Assembly: GCA_028534125.1 (NCBI GenBank)
Contig: CM052817.1
Location: forward strand, 68,512,001-68,576,000
Direction: 5' to 3'
DNA from: Lama glama
Taxonomy: Eukaryota
DNA length: 64,000 nt
Every line of letters starts with the position of its first letter. Position 1 is the stretch's first letter. The position numbers and the translations under genes are program-made. Below are positions 54,317 to 64,000 of the stretch, one piece after another. The notes beneath the pieces are model-generated. The model worked only from the letters and a program-made list of their open reading frames with translations, did not search any database and was not told the origin of the DNA.

Positions 54317-57300
54317 AATGGGGGGAGGGTAAGAAAGAGAGATGAAATCTTAATACAAAAAAATTAGCCTAAGGCCATTTGGAAATTAAGGATTCCAAAA
54401 TATATTCATAGTACCTGGGTATAAATGAGTCCAGTAGTGCTGCTTTCAGGAGATACATGATAGATCTGACAGTTTTTTGAAGCTTTTGAGGATTTTTCTC
54501 AGGGACAGGATATGTCTATAGTACTGGTTCTTGGAGTCTATTTAAGATCTCTTCACTTCAGAAGCAAAGTACCATTTGTTAAATATCTACTTTACAATTT
54601 CAGAAGTTAAAATAAGGCATCACAGAAAGTGACACACATTGCATACATTTCTGTTAGAGAGAGATCTACCTTTCAAGCAAAAACATTTAAAAAGACTTAA
54701 ATTTTACTGAATAACTGAAACTGGAACACCAACTGGAATACTAAGGATAATCTTCCAAAAGAAAGATGGAAATATAAACCAGAAAGTATGAAAAGCAAAA
54801 GCAGGCATGCTTGTAAGGCAGGGACCATCACAGGGTTAATCATGTATTAAACATGTTTCAACATAATGAAAATACACTTTCTTGAGGACAACTTATGAAA
54901 GCAAAACCCTACTCAAAGATTTTTCTAAGTGACATTTCATGTTTCTAGGAGAGTGGCTGGATCAATATAAAAATGCTGATGATAATCCAGAGTCAGGTAT
55001 ATCTATAGCTTAAGTTTCTTATATTTCTTTTTTATCTCCCATGACAAGTATAACAGGGCCCTGACCAGAGAAGGAAATGAAATGTTTGATAAATAAATGC
55101 ATAGGGTCTACCAAGCTGAAGTATTGAGAACGCAGGTGGAGACAGAAACTGGTGTTTGGGAGAAATCATGACTAGAGGAACATATTTTTTAAATTATCAG
55201 CATAAAAACTGCAGTTTAAATCATGAGATGAATAAATTTTTGAAGAAAAAGGGAAAAATGGCAGGAAAAAGCCTTAATTTTGGTATGCACATCTATATAC
55301 TGCTGAGAAAATCTTAAAATTATATAAAATATTAATAAGGCTTGGAATACATGAAGTTGAGTTTTTTTAGGGTAATATCCATCAATTCTTATTTTCCCAC
55401 ATGTCTACAGTAAATAAACTCTGCTTTCTTAGCATTAGATATTTCCAGCTCATGTATGAGGAGGGACAGGCTTTTATAAATGGCACAGGCAGACGTTAAC
55501 TACCGTTCTTAAAGGAATTTTAACAAAGGAAAACTACCCTCAGAAAATTTATCAATCTACAAAGACATTTTTATCCATATATTTAAAACAGTAAATACTT
55601 TCAGTGGCAGTATAGTGTTTCTATTTCTTTCTCTTGTTTTTAGAGAATTAGGGAGAAGTTACCATTTCTATGATACAGAAATATAGCATCTGAAATAGAG
55701 TTTGAAGTAAAATTGTCATGCTCTGGAAGCTGTATAATATATTCTCACACTACAGAGAATATTTTTCTCCTTCAAATAAAAGAGAGATAATGTATCTGAA
55801 TATGAAACACTTAGAAGTGGAGATAGAATTTTTTCAGTGATTAGAAATTTTATGGTAAAATTTTCACAGATGTGCTTCCTGAAAAATTGTGTGTAAGCTA
55901 AATTTCTGTAAGAAGAGTAATTTTCTCTTTGATATACAACATCATTTCGGCCTCAGTTTTCTCATGTATAAAATGAAGGGGCAAGAGCAGATATCTTATG
56001 TTTGTCTTAGCTCTAGAATTCTATGACATTTTTTTTCTGACTGACTTTCAACTGTTAATAGGTCACAAAACTCTTGCTTACTTCTTGGGACAAAGATTAG
56101 AAGCCTGCACACAATACTTAATGACATCAAAGGAGTTTCTACTTAAAGAGATTCAGAAGTGATTCTAATTGTGAGGCTTAGTAAAGTGTTGTCCATAAAG
56201 CATGACATGCTTGTATAAACTTTTATCAATAAGAACTTAAGCATTTCGAAGACAAGTAGCTGGGAAATACTTCATGGTTTAAACTGGTTGACGTGAAGGC
56301 AGAAAAGATGGAAGCAATAAGTGAACACGTCTCATATCAGTGATTTAAGGGGCAGAAATAGGGTCAACATGACAATGTGTGTGGGGAGTGGTAGTACTGG
56401 TGCCACTGTGTATATATTTTCTAAAAGCTTCTGTAAATAATTTCCAAAATAAAACCAGAGCTTCCTAGGCTGAGGTAAACAAGATGAAAAAGTTAAACGT
56501 GAGAGCAACTGCACTCAGCTGAGCTTCTAAAGGTAGACCTTGTGATACCCTCCACTGGAATGTGACAGAGATGTTATTCCACATAGAACTTTATGGTCAG
56601 CTTTCAATGGCAGCAGAGATTCAGGGAGTAGAGGCAGCTAGTGCCTAAGGGTCACAGTTATTTTAGTTAGTCAACTGATATTTTCATCTCAAAGCCTACA
56701 TTTTCAAGGTACAACCTTTACTTGAGTTGAGTTACTGACTTCATTACCCTTCTCTCTCACTCCTACACTTTTCCTTTTACATGGAAGTGATTAGCACTAC
56801 CATTTTTGCCCATGTGTTCCTTGTCACTTGGGAAATCCCCCCATCACTCCCCTCACTGTGTAACTAAAGAATGTCAAGTAAATGACCAAAATACTCTCTA
56901 GCTGGAAGCTTCAGTAAAGCCCTGTGGAAAAGTCTAGAGATCTACTTCTCATCCTTATTGCTGTGCCAAGGACAAGGTTGGTGAGATCTCTAACATGCTT
57001 GTAGTATTGTTATTACTATGATTAATATCTGGTGGAATTTCCAGCTAACAGCATGTATCAGCCAGCCACTTTTATTTTAATATAACTGAGATGTCTCAAG
57101 CGAAAGGAAATTCAAAATTTTAGTTATGAGGATAGAAGACTGTTTAAGATTGATGAAGGAAGGATACTAACTTGTCTCTAATCTCTAGTCATTTATTTTA
57201 ATACACTACAAACCATTCCAGACAATTTTTATGAGAATATAGATATAGAAGTTTCAATGATCATAATGTATTCAGCTGTATTCCAAACTTCCTTTACATA

Positions 57301-58639
57301 AATAAAGAGATTCTAATTTTAATGAGATCAGAAAGATTACATACATGTCACAACTAGGCTAAAGCCAGATATTACCGAGATATACTTTAGTTTTATAATA
57401 TATATTATGCAATATGAACTGATAAATATGAATGTGTCCTTTCTGTAATGTTAAATTGGCTAATACACATTTAAAAATATTTACTTGTTGAAAATAAGTA
57501 TTTCAGGGGAAAACTAATTTATTTTTCAATTCTTTTAAGATCTGACTAAAGTTCTAAGTTCTGAAACAAAAATTGGGAATAAAAAATATAGAATTTTTAT
57601 AAGAAAATCTAATAAATTAGCTTATATACAAAAAGTTCAAGTGTAACAGCAATTACAACTAACTAAAATCAGCAGCTATAATGCCACAGATGAATTACTG
57701 CAAAATTTATTCTAGATATATTGTATTTTAAAGTTGTTAAATTTTAAAAAAGTGTTCATATTCTCCTTTTGACTTAATATAACTTAATATGCAATAAAAA
57801 GTAATCTAAGAAAAGGAAAAATATTTGATAAAGGATTTACTGGCAATATTCCTTGTGGTGAAATAAATCTTTAAAATACTACAGTAGCTATAAAATATAC
57901 AGATATATTTCAACTATTATATACTGCATTAAAATTTTTAAATTTTCTTTGGCACTTCTGGTCATATTGGCATACATTTAAATGTGTTCAAAAATTCTTT
58001 TATAGAAAAAACCTAAAATAGATATTCTATTGCAAAATCAGATGATATATTTATTGGTTAAAACACAAGAGGTTACTTTAATTGAAATGATAATAATGCT
58101 ATAAATGGTAAGAATACCATAAATAATCAAAAATTAACCAATGTATGACAAAAGAATTAAAAAGCCACAAGTTGGTACTAGCCTCTCAGGGAAGGTAATT
58201 TATAATTATTTGCTCTTATATATTACTATAAATAATTATCTCCTTCCCAATCAATCAACATGTGAAGAATTTCTTGGTATTTTAAATTTAACTAAAATTT
58301 ATTCTTTAACTTTGGCTGATAAATGTTTAGTAAGGTTTCATTGCTCTTCAAGTCTAGTCAGTTTTTTATTCTAACTCTCTCAAAATCATATAGTTATCCA
58401 TTCCATGATGTCCTGGAATATTTTCATCCAATGGTGAGGAAGGACTTTAAATAAAACTCTGGCTTGAAATAAAAGTTTGGCAGTTTCGGATAGGACTGAT
58501 ACAGTCTATATAAATAGAAATTAGGACAGAGCCTGGATTTAGAGCTGGCTCAAAAAGCTGAAACATAATAAAAAGACAAAGCTTGGAAGTCAACAATAGT
58601 CATGGCTTGTATTCACTTCCTACTGACTATCAGAACAAT

Positions 58640-59700
58640 ACGTTCAAAGATACTTGAGAAAAGTCTTAAGAAGTCAGAATGCATGGCTCTTGCATAACAT
58701 GATAAAATTTATCTCTCAAGCCAAACTGAGCAAGCAAAATGTTAGAAACACAGCCATTAAATCCAAGTGTATGATAAAGATGTCCACCTTTACCACTGTT
58801 ATTTAACACTGTTCTGGAGAATTAGGTGAAGCAACTAATTAATAGAAAGATATAAGATGTACAAAATTGGAAAAGAAGCAAAATTGTAATTTTCAGATGA
58901 TATGTAACTGGAAAACCTGAAGAAAGTGAAAAACTATTAGAAACAATGAGAGAACATTAATGTTGCAGATAAATTATAGTAATGCTTATGACAGTGAAAA
59001 CTTTATAAATTGTTTATTATGTGCCAGAGTGTTCTGCACATATTAGCTAATTTAATATAATAATCCTATAAAGTATAAATATTATTATCTATATTTTATG
59101 GACAATAAGAAAACATGTCACATACCTGGGGTGGCACAGCAGGGGTTCAAAAATTCCTAGTCTACATTCTTTACCACTACACCAAACAGTCTGTAAAACC
59201 AACAATTTTTCTGTATATAAAACCAGCTAGAAAATATAATAAAATATCCAAATAATAATGACAACAGAAAGGTTAAAATAGGAATAATCCTAATAAGAAA
59301 TATGTGAGAAAATTTTAAAATGCCATAGAGGAACTAAAAAGACATGAATAAATGGAAAGGCATACCCTATTTTTAGAAAAAATAAAATTCAATACTGTGT
59401 ATCAATTTTATCTACTTATTTATACATTTAATTTAATCACAATATAAATGACAAAATGATTTTTTTTTTCAGGGGAGGAAGGAAAAAGACAAGCAATTCT
59501 ATAAATCACATAGAAATATAGTGCCAAATGTATGATATAATAATAATTTTAATAACCTCTTGGTACTGGAAAAAAAATAAACAGATCCATTAACTGAAAA
59601 AAAGGATTCAGAAATGGATATAAATACATGTGGGAATCTAGTTTATTAAAAGTGAGTATCTGAATCAGTGGGAACCATTTAATTTATTCAAGAAAACAAA
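58640..59700 (+). mobile_element. Old L1 ORF2 remnants interrupted by an antisense MIR (about 58980-59185)
   Basis: ccactgttatttaacactgttctggag; ttttcagatgatatg (FADDM-like); aataaatggaaaggcatacc; MIR ttattatgtgccag...attattatctatattttatg. Confidence 0.65.
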
Positions 59701-62589
59701 TATCTTATTAATCTTAAACTAATTCAAATGCCCATTTGACAAGCACAAAATTTAAAAATCTATTAATTAAATCAAGCCTGTCCAGACTCTATTGTTTACT
59801 CTTTGCTGTCTGTTTTACTTAATTTCTGTAGGATTTTGGAACAATAATTTATAATTCAGATAGATGTATTTTGGAATAATTCTAGTTTAGTTGCTCATTT
59901 TGGCTTTGCAGGGAATGAAAAGAAACAACCTTTAGCAATGATTCTCTAGCAGATACGAGAATGCTACAGATAAAAGCTGCCTTTTCTTTTTTCATTATGC
60001 ACCTTTATTTGTTAAATTCTGTGTTAGCATCTGTACAAATCATGTTAACAAATTAATTTTTTAGCTAGGTTTATTTCTCATACAACAGGGCCTGTTTATT
60101 TATTTTGCATATTTTCTAGGAAATCCTGGGAGAATGGCTGAAAAAAGCAGGACAGTAATATCCTAGGATTGTGAAAGTCATTAGACTCACGGAATCTTGT
60201 ATATAGCAAGTGTGTCTGTTGTTGCTAGCTTTTCTGTAGAATGGTGCCAGAATCCATTTCTCTTTAAATGCCATGGAATGTCATTGATATATGAAATGAC
60301 ACCTCTGGCCTTTGAGGTTGCATAAGAAGGATCTCAGAGCAAGACCTCAGATATTCATTAGCAAGTTGGAATTGTGCTATCTGTGCCCATCACTCTTTAT
60401 GAAGACAGTATATTCTATAGACTTACTCTTGGAAAAACACTGCTATAGGAGACATCTCAGATCAATACTGAATTAAATCAGACCCCAAATAAATAAAAAC
60501 TGTCACCAGCATAACCTTCCTATCAAGTGCAATGCAGATATGCTAATACTGTGTCAAAGCCTCGCCCTGTTGCCTGTAGGGAAGTGTTCCCTGTCTCAGA
60601 TCAGTTCAGCTGCTAGCCTGGGCCAGTACTAAGTAGGATACTCCACCCTAAATCAGGACAATTGTTATTGTCATCAAAGATGACAGTAATCCCTATTACT
60701 TTCTTCTTTTGTTTTTTTCATCCAGAATTCCATCCCTAATACCCTCCTACCCTCAAACTTCTAAACATCTCTCTTCCTTCCCAAGACCCCTCCCCCACAA
60801 AAAAAAATCTTCCTCAACACAATACACTCTAGTAATCTAGTGCTCTTTCAGTCATTATTTGATTCTTGTCTGGCTCTGGGCATTTTTTCTGCCCTTATTT
60901 CACTAGTATTTAGAGGGCACTGTCCTATTTAGAACAGACTGTGCACACTGAAATACCTATATTCAGAAAAGAGGCATTTACTAACTTGATGATTTTGCAT
61001 GAGAAGACCCAGGGATTTCTGTAACTCAGAGGAAGAAGCATCTTTAATATGCAACTATGAATTTTGATTTCTCAGGATAACTTCACAAAAAAAGGATTAT
61101 AGTAAATAATTAAAAATGTAGTGATGAGATATGTAATACGTAAATGTTGAAAGCGTCAGACTGCTCTAGTGAAACAATTAGATTTTTAAAATGTGAAAAA
61201 AATAATAAAGAGTCAGTGAGAAAAAGCGTGATAAACACGCATCACTAGTTTACATATTCTTAACCTGGAAATAAATAATTACCCATGAGTTATTTTGTTA
61301 CAGTTATTTATACTCTGTTTCACTCAACAAGGAATTTGAAATTTTGGTTCAGCTTACCCTTCCAAAAAATCTAATACATGATTTTATCCCTTCTTGATAC
61401 ATTTTTTCCATCTGCCAAAATAGTTTTCTGGTATGTTGAATTAAATTACACCCAAAATTTGGAACTGATACACTGTGGGAAAGGAAGTTTATATAAAATG
61501 GTAACAATTTTCCTAACTCTGGACTTGAGGGGCTCTGTTTTAACTAACATTTGAGACTGAAAAATGAACAGTATGGTTGTAATGGGGGTGAGGCTTGGGC
61601 ATTGCTCGTCATGCCCCTCATCTGAACTGAAGATACATTCCCAGCCACTTTTTCTCACACACCCTTACTTAGCAAGGTACTTTGAAAAGATGCAGTCCAC
61701 ACTAGTATGAAATGAGGACTGTGGAACCCTCTCTGTAACTATAAAGCTCTTAACAATATTAAATTATCAAGTGTCTGGTATTTAGTGGGTGCGGAACAAA
61801 TGTTCTCTAAATGAATAAAACAGTCAGAATTCTCTTAAAAGTAAAATTAAGGTTTCTTTTTTAAAATCATTGTTTTTCTCTTGGTTTTTCCTTAATCCCT
61901 ACCAATATTTTGCTTCTTTACACCTCTCCTCTTGAAGCAAATTCTTCACATTTTCAAGTTTTCAGGAAGGAGAACAGTTTGTCACTTTCAATTCCTGATG
62001 ATTTCCATGTTAGGTAACAATTATGTTTATACTCATACATACTCATACATTAATACTCTGTAATTATTACCTGAATCGCTACATACATCCTGAGTTGATT
62101 CAATAAGGTTAGTTTTTGACTAATTTTAAGGAGAAAATATTAAGTGTTAGTAGGGAATATAAGTTTTCTGAGTCCTGGATGAATTTCTCACTCTAGTTTA
62201 TTTCCACAGGAAAAGCCTTTGGAATTCCAGTGCTGTAGGTCAGTACCACTGATTAAAAACTGCTCTCACAAAGATGAACAAAAAGGGGAGGGAATACAGG
62301 GAGAGGAAGACTTGTAAGAGAGCTGGCCCTCGGCAGTAAAGACAAGAGGAGAGACTCAGAGTGAGAGGGATAAAACTAACTGCTGAGGAGTGAAACAGCT
62401 GGTGGTTTTCGTTCAAGAAAGGAAAGTCAACTTGCCAAAAAAGGGTAGACTTACATAACTATGAAACAAGTAGATTAGTATAAAAAAATACAAAAAAACC
62501 ACACAGAAGATAAAATAACACTGTCACCATAAACGTGAATGTCTTATCATTGTAGTTTCCTCCCCTCATGGAAAAATAGTCCTGTTTAG

Positions 62590-62785
62590 CTTCAAAAATA
62601 CGTCTTGAGAAAACCGTACGCACCTATCACATTAAGAATCAACCAAGACCTTACTAAAACTATAGATTCTAGGAGTCAACCCTCAGAGATTGATTTAGTA
62701 GATATGGGACAGTTGTGAAGCTCCAAATATGCATTTTTAACGAGTACTGAAGAAGATTTTGAAGACCGTTCTTTAGATACATTGT
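62590..62785. mobile_element. MER5-like MITE
   Basis: cacattaagaatca...cctcagagattgatttagtag...atgcatttttaac. Confidence 0.5.
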
Positions 62786-62859
62786 CTTATAGGAAAGAGT
62801 AAAACACTGATTAACTGGAATTAACTTTTTGTTGATTCATTAAAAAATATTTAATGATT

Positions 62860-64000
62860 ACTAGGTACTATTTATTTATCAATATGTCAGATACTATGAT
62901 AGGTTTTGAGGATGCAGTGGAGAATAAGAGATAAATATAAATATATAATTATTAATATAATGCATGTTATGAAGGAAAAGTAGATAGAGATGGTATGCCT
63001 GATGAATACAGAGATGTGACTAAGCAACTGAATGATCTGCTCAACTGAGACTTAACAGTATAACCTTATTTGTGGTAATTACTTCAGCTAAATATACATA
63101 CATTGTGTATTTACACACACTATTTCTCAGGCATTGAATTAGGCCTTGGGGGTTCTTAATCAGGAAAAAATGTACGTAATTGCTTCATTTATTAAGAGGC
63201 TACAATGCATCAGGCATTAAACTAAGCAATGAGAACATAAAAATCAATAAAATGCAGATCTTACTCTTTAGGAACTTAGTTTAACTTAAAAAATGGAAGC
63301 AGATATAGAGACCTGAAGGCAGAAGTTTGTATAGGGTATTCCTAAAATTGGGAGAAATCTAAAGCATAGAAAAATAAGAAGGAAAGATACACTGATGGAA
63401 GTTGATAAGATAGACAATGGAAAGATTATGCACAGCCTTGCAGACCATGTTAAGAATTTTTAATTTTGTTATAAGGAAGGATAATGAGAAGATTCTTGTT
63501 AAGATTTCTAGTTGAAAAAATTATGCTAAAGGTGGGCCCAAATCCAATATGACTGGGGTCCTTATAAAAAGGGGAAATTTGGACATAGACGTATGCACAG
63601 AGGCGAAACGATGTGAATACATATAAAGGAAAGATGGCCACATGACTGAAACGATGCATTTACAAGCCAAGAACACTGGATTGCTGGCAAACACCAGAAA
63701 CTAGAAGAGATAAAGGATTCTCTCTTTCAGGCATCAGAGACAGCATGTCTCTGTCAACACCTTGATTTTGGACTTTTAGCCCCCTGAAGTGTGAAACAAT
63801 AAATTATTGTTGTTTTAAGTAAAAAAAAATTTAAAAGATTATGTTAGCTAAAGTCTGAAGAATGGATTAAAAAGGAGTAAGAATAGCTGCAGGAAACTTG
63901 CAGGAAAGCAAGTAAGAGATGATGGTGAAATTGAGTAAATGATGGCATCAGTAACAGAAGTGAACAGGTTGTGAATATGTTTTTTGACTGACTGAATATT
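62860..64000 (-). mobile_element. L2 fragments
   Basis: gattatgcacagccttgcagaccatgttaagaattt; gagatgatggtg...tgaatatgtttt. Confidence 0.6.
63529..63832 (+). mobile_element. MLT1B/C LTR fragment ending at its poly(A) site (probable L1-mediated retrocopy)
   Basis: ggtgggcccaaatccaatatgactggggtccttataaaaaggggaaatttggac...AATAAA 63798, A9 tail, TSD-like flanks. Confidence 0.85.

Noticed and set aside
44139..64000. Search for the next upstream TBCK exon or a nested gene
   Set aside because: No matching coding exon seen; the region reads as one long intron continuing past the window.

Overview
AT-rich, CpG-poor mammalian genomic DNA, most likely a camelid (a Vic-1-like tRNA-derived SINE is present; I saw no Alu, BovB, CHR or PRE elements). 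The window holds the last three coding exons of TBCK on the minus strand (43963-44138, 34656-34815, 12043-12153), encoding the C-terminal rhodanese-like domain, plus the 3' UTR and downstream flank. The next upstream exon appears to lie beyond 64000. The intron 34816-43962 is a U12-type (minor spliceosome) GT-AG intron. The rest is intronic or intergenic DNA rich in old and lineage-specific repeats (L1, L2, MIR, MaLR/ERVL/ERV1 solo LTRs, MITEs). Most ORFs in the supplied track are spurious or L1 fragments. I could not support a new multi-gene system. The most interesting items are the minor intron with an LTR beside its branch point, several structurally atypical retrotransposition products with readable TSDs, and a 23-bp hairpin. 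Repeat family names and boundaries come from my recall of consensus sequences and are approximate unless TSDs or termini are quoted.
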